Shown here piece after piece: positions 1 through 11,151 of a stretch of DNA of 64,000 nucleotides. The translations under genes were made by a program, and so were the position numbers. The stretch covers positions 32,984,001-33,048,000 of the forward strand of contig OX597835.1 of assembly GCA_951406725.2 (NCBI GenBank). Direction: 5' to 3'. Position 1 is the first letter of the stretch. Every line of letters starts with the position of its first letter. Source of the stretch: Octopus vulgaris (Eukaryota). The notes under the pieces are model-generated. The model ran no database searches. It was not told the DNA's origin and was given only the letters and a program-made list of their open reading frames with translations.

Positions 1-315
1 AACAAATTGTGTTCTCATGTAAAATTTTACGAGGAAGACAATGAGCTACATAAAATTTACTTTCCATTGCAATTAGGGGGCTTAACGGGGGCAGACACCT
101 CTGTGAAATTTCAAATATCTCCGATTTCAATGCAAGTAACAACATAACTACTAGGTACTAAATAAAGAGGATTTCCAAAATTTCACCATCATACAATATT
201 ATTTAACCCCGCCCCCACTAATGAGGTTTATGACAAGTGAAAGTGCTCATGGAAGATACATAAAATTTAAGTATGTATTCTTGGAATAAGTGTACTACAA
301 AACTTCAACAATGCA

Positions 316-749
316 TATCTCATTATAGACATTGCAACGTAATTTTATGCATTAGAAAAGGAAAATTTTAATAAGCAAAATATATTTAGTTTACCATATC
401 ACCGTCAGTTCGAACACCTGTTTTATCAGTTGAGTGTATACCAATGCAATGATCGACAGTGAGTAGCACTGTGTCTAAAGAATATATAATATTATAAAAG
501 GTATTTTTTATTCATGTTTGACTAAATTTTGTCAAGTTTCATCTGAAACATGTGTTTCGGATGTCGGGATAGAAATCTTCAGTTATCTTCAGTTATCCGG
601 CCATCGTGGATTTCCACCCCAACATCCGAAACTCGGAGTTTTATTATGGCTACCAAATAATTGTCGCATATCACATTTACAGATAAATTCCTCTATTTAC
701 ATAATATCGAGGTCTCTTTCATTCTTTTGTTGTCTTACCATTTCTATCA

Positions 750-803
<54 letters not shown>

Positions 804-1060
804 ATATCTGTTTTTGCTAGCATGTAGGTGCAACATGACAAAATTAAGTGAAACATGGATAAAAAATAGCCTTTTATAAAATTATGTATTCTTTAGTTAA
901 ACAGAGTACTACTGATTGTCGATCGTTGTATTGCTATACGCTCAACTGATAAGACAGGTGTTCGAACTGGCGGTGATATGATAAACTAAATATATTTTGC
1001 TCATTAAAATATTTCTTTTCTAATGCATAAAATTACACCGCAAAGTCTATAATGAGTATA
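316..1060. repeat. Old imperfect inverted repeat: ~230-bp arms (~316-545 and ~825-1060) around a spacer with (TG)n and hammerhead-like remnants
   Basis: Left arm CTCATTATAGAC...CAGTTCGAACACCTGT...TTTTGTCA reappears reverse-complemented as TGACAAAA...ACAGGTGTTCGAACTG...GTCTATAATGAG, with scattered mismatches. Confidence 0.85.
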
Positions 1061-1426
1061 TTCAAATAGCTCATATATTGATGAAATATAAATCATAAAA
1101 CCATTCGGTCATTTTATCAGATCTTTTCCATATCTTACACATCTATGCTTGGCCTGCTGAATGTGGAAAATATAGATTAACTCATCATACTAAAATGCCT
1201 CTGAAAAATTTAGGTTTGGACTATCTAAATAATCTCAGCGTAGGAAAAGAAAAAGAACTGAAGAGGCTGACTATCAGTGGACCAAGAGACTGTGAGTAGA
1301 TACTGAAAAGCATGCAGCCTTACGAGCAACACAAAGACAAGAACAAGCAAAAAGAAGACGAAGATCAAATGCCCAACGAACTGCAGCAGCAAGACAGTTT
1401 GAAACTCCAGAAGCAAGGGAGGGGGA

Positions 1427-1880
1427 GAATTTTTGAATTCCCGCGAGCCAACAGGTGCACCTCCTCATTGTCTTCGACTGAAAGTAGGTTCACCTGTCAT
1501 GCTTCTGCGCAACCTCTCACAACCAAAGTCATGCGATGGCACAAGACTCGTTGTCAAGAAATTAATGAGCAATGCTATAGAGGCCACAATAATTTTTGGC
1601 TATTGAAAAAAGCAAAGATGTTTTTATCCCTCGAATTCCTTCCAGCATTCCCTTTGAGTTCAAACGACTTCAGTTTCCCATATGTTTGTCATTTGCAATG
1701 TGTATCAATAAGTCACAAGGTCAGACGTTACAAGTTTCTGGTTTGCATTTAGAAAAGGATTGTTCTTCACATGGACAGCTACTATATGTCGATGCTTCTA
1801 GAATAGAGAATAAGAAAAAACCTTTTCACATTCAGCTCTAATGGTAAAACTCGAAATATTTTCTATAAAGAAGATTTTTC
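1427..1880 (+). mobile_element. Helitron RepHel PIF1-type helicase C-terminal fragment (frameshifted)
   Basis: Manual translation gives [56 protein letters not shown], then [55 protein letters not shown] and GKTRNIFYKE. These are the hallmark C-terminal motifs of Helitron helicases. Confidence 0.92.
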
Positions 1881-2748
1881 TGAGCGATAAACAAACTAAT
1901 AATTGCATATTGTTCGATATAATTATAATGAGATTCTCAACGTAAAATTCTGATAATATGAAAAGCCACTTCTATGTCATTTTTTGATTTGTAATAGAAT
2001 AGTTTTGTATAATCTTTAAGGTTATGAGTAACCCATTAGTAAAATCATTCCATTATCATATTGGAGATCTATTATAACCTATATAATTTTTTCTAGAAAT
2101 TCTTCATATATCATCATGTTTCAGAGTTTTAATTATTTCTCATTTTTCATTTCTAATTGCTTTACTTTCTATATATTTAAAAACCTATTTATATCTTTAT
2201 GCCAGCATCATACTTGATTTGTTAAGCATCATAAATAGTTATAATGAAGATGTTACATTACTATGATAAAATATATTTAATTATTAGTATTTGTTGTGAT
2301 TCTTGATTACACATTGCAATATGTATGTCTTTATAATTTTCCTCAAGCTTTTATTTACTTGCATTCTATATTCAAAAGCCGCGGTCTATGTGATGGGTGC
2401 TTCAATTTATAAATCAGAATATTCAGATAAAGAATTAGAAGTTTGTAAGCAACCATGATTATATCTAGTTAATGGAAGAACCTCTTTTACACAAAAGCTG
2501 GCATTCTTTTCTTTTCAGTTTTAAGAATATATAGAGATTTTATCATCTACATGATTGGGAACAATAATTTTATTAGGATAAACGAGTACTGAATTCAATA
2601 GTATATTAGAATGCATTATAACTTTTGGGGCTGAAGCTTGGCAATAAGAGCTTGCGGATATTCCGCTACAAAACATTCAATAATATCGAAGCAGTAACTT
2701 TCATAAATCAGGGTATAATTTTTGAAGGCTTTTTCTCAACCCAATCAG

Positions 2749-2779
<31 letters not shown>

Positions 2780-3452
2780 TTATTATATAGAAGGAGCTTC
2801 TACAGGACTAGAACTGTTTCATTCAAGAGAAATCTTCAGGAAGCTAGTTAACAAGAATTGTATTGGCATGTATACATTTAGGCAGGTTTAAAGGGGTGTT
2901 GGTGGGGGACTTTTTGGGGGTAGGCATAGCGCAAAATATCATACTTGGGGGAGTGGTCAAGGAGTCAGTGTTAAATTAGATAGAAGAATAAATAAAAAAT
3001 AAAAAAATAAAAAAATATATATATATAAAAAAAGGGGGAATAGAGTTTTAGGTAAATAAGGAGATTCTCACTTATACCTATGCACATATGTATACATATA
3101 TACACACGCATACAAACATATATACATATACATACACACATACATACATACACATATATATATATACATATATATATATATACACTTACACATACATATA
3201 CATATCTACACATACACATATATGTATACATACACACACTCACATGCATACACGTATACACACATGTATATATACACACACGACCACACATACATATACA
3301 CACAGAAAAATATATATACACATACACACACATACACTCACATACACGCATACACACACAAATCCACACACACACATGCACACACAGCACACTAGTCCCT
3401 ATATACACATATATACACATACACACATATATACACACACATACATATACAT

Positions 3453-3510
<58 letters not shown>

Positions 3511-3919
3511 GTGTACCTATGCATACCTACACATACACACATATATATATACACATACAAATACAGACCCATTCCCTAATTTTAATTTTATTATCTTCGT
3601 TTATTACCTTTGTTATCTTTGGCCGCTTGGTCACAAACATCTTGGCTATGACAGCCAGTCCATTTATCTGTCTACTGGAAAACAAGCACTCATTCACTCA
3701 CGCACACTCTTTAGCACGTACACTCACTCATTCGTACACTCATACACATACACGCACGCACGCGTTATATTCATACATACATACATCTACATACATTCAC
3801 GTATATACACATACGTACGCGTACCTACAGATTCATGTCTACACTCTTAGAAGGCTAGTCTATACATATACACCAATAAATATAAATACACACACATACA
3901 CGTACACCTACATACAAAT

Positions 3920-3977
<58 letters not shown>

Positions 3978-4195
3978 TCACACATATATACACATATATA
4001 CATACACATACGTACATACACATATATACACATATACACACATATACACATATATACACACATACACATACATACATATACACACATACACATACATACG
4101 TATACATACATACATCCATACATCCATACATACATACATTTATACACATACACACACCCACATACATACATATATATACGCGCATATATATATCT

Positions 4196-4228
<33 letters not shown>

Positions 4229-4530
4229 CATATATACATATACATTCATACACACACATACATATACATACATACATATACAAATATACGCACACACATA
4301 CATACATACTCATATACTCATACACGCACATACACATGTACATGCGTACCCATACACACACACACACGCGCCTCCTTATATTCATACTTACATGCATACT
4401 CAAAAAATAAGTAAATAGTAAAATATATATACGCGCAGTTATTCATACATGCATACTCTAAAAATAAATAATAAATATTAAGTATATGTACGTGCAGTTA
4501 CCTATTATATAGACGGATACATACATATAA
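2780..4530 (-). mobile_element. Probable Penelope-like element 3' UTR/pLTR remnant (degenerate CA/TA-rich, ending in an HHR)
   Basis: Terminal HHR next to (TA)n. Its composition (T-rich block, degenerate CA/TA repeats) resembles the region downstream of the GIY-YIG ORF at 47105-48153. Confidence 0.45.
2795..2845 (-). ncRNA. Minimal type I hammerhead ribozyme
   Basis: Minus strand: agcttc CTGAAGA t-ttc-tctt-gaa-t GAAA cag-ttctagtc-ctg TA gaagct. Both core boxes, stems I, II and III, and a GUA cleavage triplet are present. Confidence 0.85.
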
Positions 4531-4534
4531 ACTT

Positions 4535-4606
<72 letters not shown>

Positions 4607-4838
4607 GTAATTAATCAATATAGGGTGGCAAAAAAAAAATTTTGTAGAATTCTTTTGCCACCAGCGGCCTAGTGGGAAAAAATTAAATAGTCATAAACTA
4701 TTTTTAAGTTCAACATCAACAATCAAGGAACGGCCATAATAGGCCATTCACCCACTAGAAATAACAGCCAAAAGCTTTAACCGCAAAATAACGTCAATTC
4801 CGTAAACCAGGAGAAAATTGAAAAACATTTACCATGTA

Positions 4839-4945
4839 ATTTCTTAGACGATGCACCGTTTCATCTTCTGTTTAATGGAAAACTAACCTGATTAAATTAA
4901 ATCAAGCCAATCTACCATAGGCCCTTAGATTCATCAGTAAGAAAT
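4839..4945 (-). ncRNA. Type I hammerhead ribozyme, family A
   Basis: Reverse complement of the motif at 6141-6247. Confidence 0.88.
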
Positions 4946-5336
4946 AGCCAAAACCGGAACAGATATTTTTCACGAGGCATTCTCATTGCTACCTCGTCAA
5001 TATCTGACCTAAAATTTTCAAATCGTCGCACTCGCGCCAAATTTATCGGCAGCAAATAAATATAAGCCGCCGATTCCATTACGGAATTAACCAGAAAATT
5101 CATAATTAATCAATATAGGGTGGCAAAAAAAAAAAAATTTTGTAGAATTCTTTTGCCACCAGCGGCCTAGTGGGAAAAAATTAAATAGTCATAAACTATT
5201 TTTAAGTTCAACATCAACAATCAAGGAACGGCCATAATAGGCCATTCACCCACTAGAAATAACAGCCAAAAGCTTTAACCGCAAAATAACGTCAATTCCG
5301 TAAACCAGGAGAAAATTGAAAAACATTTACCCTGTA

Positions 5337-5443
5337 ATTTCTTAGACGATGCACCGTTTCATCTTCTGTTTAATGGAAAACTAACCTGATTAAATTAAAT
5401 CAAGCCAATCTACCAAAGGCCCTTAGATTCATCAGTAAGAAAT
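5337..5443 (-). ncRNA. Type I hammerhead ribozyme, family A
   Basis: Reverse complement of the motif at 6141-6247, with one substitution inside stem II. Confidence 0.88.
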
Positions 5444-6140
5444 AGCCAAAACCGGAACAGATATTTTTCACGAGGCATTCTCATTGCTACCTCGTCAATA
5501 TCTGACCTAAAATTTTCAAATCGTCGCACTCGCGCCAAATTTATCGGCAGCAAATAAATATAAGCCGCCGATTCCATTACGGAATTAACCAGAAAATTCA
5601 TAATTAATCAATATAGGGTGGCAAAAAAAAAAATTTTGTAGAATTCTTTTGCCACCAGCGGCCTTGGTAGATTGGCTTGATTTAATTTAATCAGGTTAGT
5701 TTTCCATTAAACAGAAGATGAAACGGTGCATCGTCTAAGAAATTACAGGGTAAATGTTTTTCAATTTTCTTCTGGTTTACGGAATTGACGTTATTTTGCG
5801 GTTAAAGCTTTTGGCTGTTATTTCTAGTGGGTGAATGGCCTATTATGGCCGTTCCTTGATTGTTGATGTTGAACTTAAAAATAGTTTATGACTATTTAAT
5901 TTTTCCCACTAGGCCGCTGGTGGCAAAAGAATTCTACAAAATTTTTTTTTTTTTTTTTTTTGCCACCCTATATTGATTAATTATGAATTTTCTGGTTAAT
6001 TCCGTAATGGAATCGGCGGCTTATATTTATTTGCTGCCGATAAATTTGGCGCGAGTGCGACGATTTGAAAATTTTAGGTCAGATATTGACGAGGTAGCAA
6101 TGAGAATGCCTCGTGAAAAATATCTGTTCCGGTTTTGGCT

Positions 6141-6247
6141 ATTTCTTACTGATGAATCTAAGGGCCTATGGTAGATTGGCTTGATTTAATTTAATCAGGT
6201 TAGTTTTCCATTAAACAGAAGATGAAACGGTGCATCGTCTAAGAAAT
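6141..6247 (+). ncRNA. Type I hammerhead ribozyme, family A (long stem II)
   Basis: atttctta CTGATGA atct-(60 nt)-agat GAAA cggtgcatcg TC^ taagaaat. 8-bp stem I, intact core, near-palindromic stem III, GUC cleavage after 6239. Confidence 0.9.
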
Positions 6248-6636
6248 TACATGGTAAATGTTTTTCAATTTTCTCCTGGTTTACGGAATTGACGTTATTT
6301 TGCGGTTAAAGCTTTTGGCTGTTATTTCTAGTGGGTGAATGGCCTATTATGGCCGTTCCTTGATTGTTGATGTTGAACTTAAAAATAGTTTATGACTATT
6401 TAATTTTTTCCCACTAGGCCGCTGGTGGCAAAAGAATTCTACAAAATTTTTTTTTTTGCCACCCTATATTGATTAATTATGAATTTTCTGGTTAATTCCG
6501 TAATGGAATCGGCGGCTTATATTTATTTGCTGCCGATAAATTTGGCGCGAGTGCGACGATTTGAAAATTTTAGGTCAGATATTGACGAGGTAGCAATGAG
6601 AATGCCTCGTGAAAAATATCTGTTCCGGTTTTGGCT

Positions 6637-6743
6637 ATTTCTTACTGATGAATCTAAGGGCCTATGGTAGATTGGCTTGATTTAATTTAATCAGGTTAGT
6701 TTTCCATTAAACAGAAGATGAAACGGTGCATCGTCTAAGAAAT
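6637..6743 (+). ncRNA. Type I hammerhead ribozyme, family A
   Basis: Copy of 6141-6247. Confidence 0.9.
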
Positions 6744-7134
6744 TACAGGGTAAATGTTTTTCAATTTTCTCCTGGTTTACGGAATTGACGTTATTTTGCG
6801 GTTAAAGCTTTTGGCTGTTATTTCTAGTGGGTGAATGGCCTATTATGGCCGTTCCTTGATTGTTGATGTTGAACTTAAAAATAGTTTATGACTATTTAAT
6901 TTTTTCCCACTAGGCCGCTGGTGGCAAAAGAATTCTACAAAATTTTTTTTTTTTTGCCACCCTATATTGATTAATTATGAATTTTCTGGTTAATTCCGTA
7001 ATGGAATCGGCGGCTTATATTTATTTGCTGCCGATAAATTTGGCGCGAGTGCGACGATTTGAAAATTTTAGGTCAGATATTGACGAGGTAGCAATGAGAA
7101 TGCCTCGTGAAAAATATCTGTTCCGGTTTTGGCT

Positions 7135-7241
7135 ATTTCTTACTGATGAATCTAAGGGCCTATGGTAGATTGGCTTGATTTAATTTAATCAGGTTAGTTT
7201 TCCATTAAACAGAAGATGAAACGGTGCATCGTCTAAGAAAT
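7135..7241 (+). ncRNA. Type I hammerhead ribozyme, family A
   Basis: Copy of 6141-6247. Confidence 0.9.
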
Positions 7242-7645
7242 TACAGGGTAAATGTTTTTCAATTTTCTCCTGGTTTACGGAATTGACGTTATTTTGCGGT
7301 TAAAGCTTTTGGCTGTTATTTCTAGTGGGTGAATGGCCTATTATGGCCGTTCCTTGATTGTTGATGTTGAACTTAAAAATAGTTTATGACTATTTAATTT
7401 TTTCCCACTAGGCCGCTGGTGGCAAAAGAATTCTACAAAATTTTTTTTTTTTTTTTTTTTTTTTTTGCCACCCTATATTGATTAATTATGAATTTTCTGG
7501 TTAATTCCGTAATGGAATCGGCGGCTTATATTTATTTGCTGCCGATAAATTTGGCGCGAGTGCGACGATTTGAAAATTTTAGGTCAGATATTGACGAGGT
7601 AGCAATGAGAATGCCTCGTGAAAAATATCTGTTCCGGTTTTGGCT

Positions 7646-7752
7646 ATTTCTTACTGATGAATCTAAGGGCCTATGGTAGATTGGCTTGATTTAATTTAAT
7701 CAGGTTAGTTTTCCATTAAACAGAAGATGAAACGGTGCATCGTCTAAGAAAT
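7646..7752 (+). ncRNA. Type I hammerhead ribozyme, family A
   Basis: Copy of 6141-6247. Confidence 0.9.
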
Positions 7753-7872
7753 TACAGGGTAAATGTTTTTCAATTTTCTCCTGGTTTACGGAATTGACGT
7801 TATTTTGCGGTTAAAGCTTTTGGCTGTTATTTCTAGTGGGTAAATGGCCTATTATGGCCGTTCCTTGATTGT

Positions 7873-7920
<48 letters not shown>

Positions 7921-8152
7921 ATACATATATATATACACACACACACATACACATATATATATATATATATATACATATACATACTTACACATGTACATAC
8001 TTACACATGTACATATAAATACACACATAGATAACTCTACGTACCTACTTATTTACTGTGGTTAACCCCGAATCAACCCGGGAACTACATATATATATAT
8101 ATATAATTAATAATAAAATATTAGGGAATAAATCCAAACTTACAGGGAAAAA

Positions 8153-8188
<36 letters not shown>

Positions 8189-9039
8189 TGTATGTATGTA
8201 TGTATGTATGGTTGAAATTCACAGAAAAGCAAAAGACGAAGACAGGCGTATAAACGACAAGCAGGTGTATTATTTGACGCTCGGGAAAGGGAGAAAGTTT
8301 ATTCGTAAGATACTACTTAGCGATAGATTTGCTGATTGATAGCAAGTATACGAGGTGTATAAAGTTAGGCTTTTGTATATACAAGTTTTAATAGTATTAA
8401 TTGTAGTTTTAAATTTCTTATAATTAAATTAGATAAACTTTGATAAACTTAGATATGTTTCGACTAAAGATTGGTCCAGGCCATGTCTAATTTAATAGCA
8501 TAACTTAGTTTTTGTTTTTTTAAATTGATATTCGCTAGTTATTCCCATTGATAATTATATTTATAGTATTTATAGTATTTATTAGATACTATATTACTAC
8601 GAATTGATTATTTCTATAAGTATTTTACATAAGATTTCCGAAAGTTCGTTTAAGTTTGTTTGTTTGCATTTTTGAAATTAGCTATTTCATCTTTAAATAG
8701 GAAAAATTAATTTATTAGGTTTTTTATTATATGTGCATATATATTTATTTATAGAGATTATTATAGATCTTAATTATAATATTTATATACATTTATATAT
8801 TTTCATTAATAATTTATATATAATAGTCATTTTTAAGTATTTATGTAATTAGATATAGATTAATACCGATATTAGATTATTGGTGGGTTTCCTACCTTAT
8901 AAATTAAAATTAATATTTAACATTATAGTCGATTTTGATATAATCATAATTGTTAAGTTTTATGTTTCTAGTTTGGTCAATTTGAACGAAAAAGCAAAAG
9001 AAAATCAGTACATCAGATCTAAAAAGCTCTTAAACAAAT

Positions 9040-9475
9040 TGATGGTTATGTGCAGATCCTTCTGAAGTTCCAAGTGTTATGTATACAAAATTTCCTGCAA
9101 CTATCATAGTTTTACAGCTTGTCAGCAATGAAAGACATGTGATGCCTCCTCACTTCTTTCCACAATGCTTTAGTGTTAAATCGGTTGCCTACACTGAGGT
9201 CCTGGAAGCAATTGTTAAGCCCTGGATAGAAAGGATAGACACTGTATGCAATGGAAGTCCTAACATTTGGCCTCCTAATTCCCCAGATCTCAATCCATTT
9301 GACTATTATATGTGGAGCATTTTTGAGATAGATAGAGGTCAATGAACACTCCCATAACACCATACAGTGGTTTTATTGAATAACATTATAGATATTTTTC
9401 ATAAATAAAGTTATGTTTTTGTATATCTGTTTTTTATAAACAAGAATCTGTCCTCAAATATCTTACGCACCCTGT
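9040..9475 (+). mobile_element. Tc1/mariner-superfamily transposase remnant with 3' TIR
   Basis: ORF 9079-9345 has HVMPPHFF..AYTEVLEAIVKPW and WPPNSPDLNPFDYYMWS (third catalytic-residue motif). The element ends ...CACCCTG-TA. Confidence 0.85.
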
Positions 9476-9482
9476 ATACTCT

Positions 9483-9893
9483 CTCTTTACTCTTTTACTC
9501 TTTTACTTGTTTCAGTCATTTGACTGCGGCCATGCTGGAGCACCGCCTTTAATCGAGCAAATCGACCCCGGGACTTATTCTTTGTAAGCCCAGTACTTAT
9601 TCTATCGGTGTCTTTTTGCCGAACCGCTAAGTAACGGGGACATAAACACACCAGCATCGGTTGTCAGGCAATGCTAGGGGGACAAACACAGACACACAAA
9701 CATATACACACACATATATATATGCATATATACGACAGGCTTCTTTCAGTTTCCGTCTACCAAATCCACTCACAAGGCATTGGTCGGCCCGAGGCTATAG
9801 CAGAAGACACTTGCCCAAGATGCCACGCAGTGGGACTGAACCCGGAACCATGTGGTTGATTAGCAAGCTACTTACCACACAGCCACTCCTACG
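9483..9893 (-). mobile_element. tRNA-derived SINE, family 1 (CORE-like CTTGGGCAAGT body, internal TA/TG tract)
   Basis: Pol III A box (TGGCTGTGTGG) and B box (GGTTCAGTCCC) on minus. Near-identical copies at 29021, 30140, 32512 and 44900. Confidence 0.9.
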
Positions 9894-9994
9894 TATATAT
9901 ATATATACATGCGTATATGTGTGTGTTTATGTATAAAAGGAAATCTATGAATGTGTGATTGACATGTATATATGTGTATGTATCACTCTGTGTG

Positions 9995-10312
9995 TGAAAG
10001 CACGTGACTTAATGGTTAGGGCATTCGACTCATGATCGTATGGTCACGTTCCATTCCTGGTGAGGCGTTGTGTCCTTGAGCATTTCGCCTTATTTCACAT
10101 TGCTCCAGTCATCGCAGCTGGCAAACGTGAGTGGTACCTGTATTTCAAAGGGCCAGCCTTGTCACATTTTGTGATAAGCTGAATATCGCAGTGGTCTACG
10201 TTGAGTGTACGCGTGTCTGTGGGGTGCTCAGCCACTTACATGTCAATTTCGTGAGCAAGTTGCTGTTGCGTCGATTGGATCTACTGGGACCCATTTCGTC
10301 GTAACCGACGCA
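9995..10312 (+). mobile_element. Degenerate tRNA-derived SINE
   Basis: Head ACGTGACTTAATGGTTAGGGCATTCG...TCCTTGAGCA resembles the copies at 41305 and 57525. Confidence 0.65.
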
Positions 10313-10370
<58 letters not shown>

Positions 10371-10979
10371 ATATATATATATATACACACACATATATAC
10401 GTGTGTGTGTGTGCGTACGTGTCTATGCCTGTGTGAATAGAAAAAAGGTACATTTAAGTAGGTGTATGTGTGTATGTACATCTAAATTCGTAGAGATGGA
10501 GACGAGTATGTGGGTGTGTTGTAGAACACCTATGCCTGTGAACACACACACACACACAAGCATCTATATCTTTGTGAAAATATTTTTGTGGCGAATGAAT
10601 CTGTGGTGTGTGATCATAAATCTGTTCTGGGTAAGAATCCGAGGATTACTAACGTGACAGACGCTGACAGATTCTGAATCAAGTGGGTAATATAGATCTG
10701 AAAAGATGAGAATTGAAAACGATGTATCCTTCATACCTGTTCTGTGTGTGTGTGTGTGGACACAAACATAAGTGTGTCAACAGATGTTTCACGATATGTT
10801 TATATGTGTGTGTGCGTTCGTGCGTGTACATATATTCATGTATATATATATATATTGTATAGAGGGCATTATTACACATAAATGCCTCACACTAAGAGGG
10901 ACAAAGTTATTACTACCAAAATTATACTAATCATACCTAAATGCAGTTTTTCAAAGCAAGACATTTAAAAAATGAATTT

Positions 10980-11037
10980 AGTTCTGTATCACCGTGATTT
11001 CACATTCAACTTACGTCTTATGATCCTCAGCAGAACT
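10980..11037 (-). ncRNA. Type I hammerhead ribozyme, family B variant
   Basis: Reverse complement of 11094-11151. Confidence 0.8.
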
Positions 11038-11093
11038 GATTCTGAACACATCATAAATATTTATCATTATTTATTTATGATGTGTTCAGAATC

Positions 11094-11151
11094 AGTTCTG
11101 CTGAGGATCATAAGACGTAAGTTGAATGTGAAATCACGGTGATACAGAACT
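11094..11151 (+). ncRNA. Type I hammerhead ribozyme, family B variant
   Basis: agttctg CTGAGGA tcataagac-gtaa-gttgaatgt GAAA tcac-g-gtga TA^ cagaact. Perfect 7-bp stem I. Confidence 0.82.

Larger units (their letters stand above)
4608..7876. mobile_element. Hammerhead-containing tandem array, family A (non-LTR retrozyme-like). Unit ~495-511 bp; ~2.1 units on minus (4608-5664) joined head-to-head to ~4.4 units on plus (5665-7876); inserted in (TA)n
   Basis: Near-identical units, marked by the repeated 63-aa ORF at 4912, 5410 (-) and 5983, 6479, 6977, 7488 (+). Each unit has one HHR. Unit length differs mainly in an oligo(T) tract. Confidence 0.93.

Noticed and set aside
2971-4418. Long His/Thr/Tyr/Ile-rich ORFs
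   Set aside because: Translations of degenerate (CA)n/(TA)n repeats. The same applies to the poly-I/M/L/Y ORFs throughout the window.
5983-6174. 63-aa ORF (MNFLVNSVMESAAY...) repeated six times
   Set aside because: It recurs only because the unit is repeated. It has no recognisable domain and overlaps the ribozyme, and family B has no equivalent ORF.
4608-7876. CRISPR array or plain satellite interpretation
   Set aside because: There are no unique spacers and no cas genes, and the DNA is eukaryotic. One hammerhead per unit and defined termini in (TA)n argue against a simple satellite.
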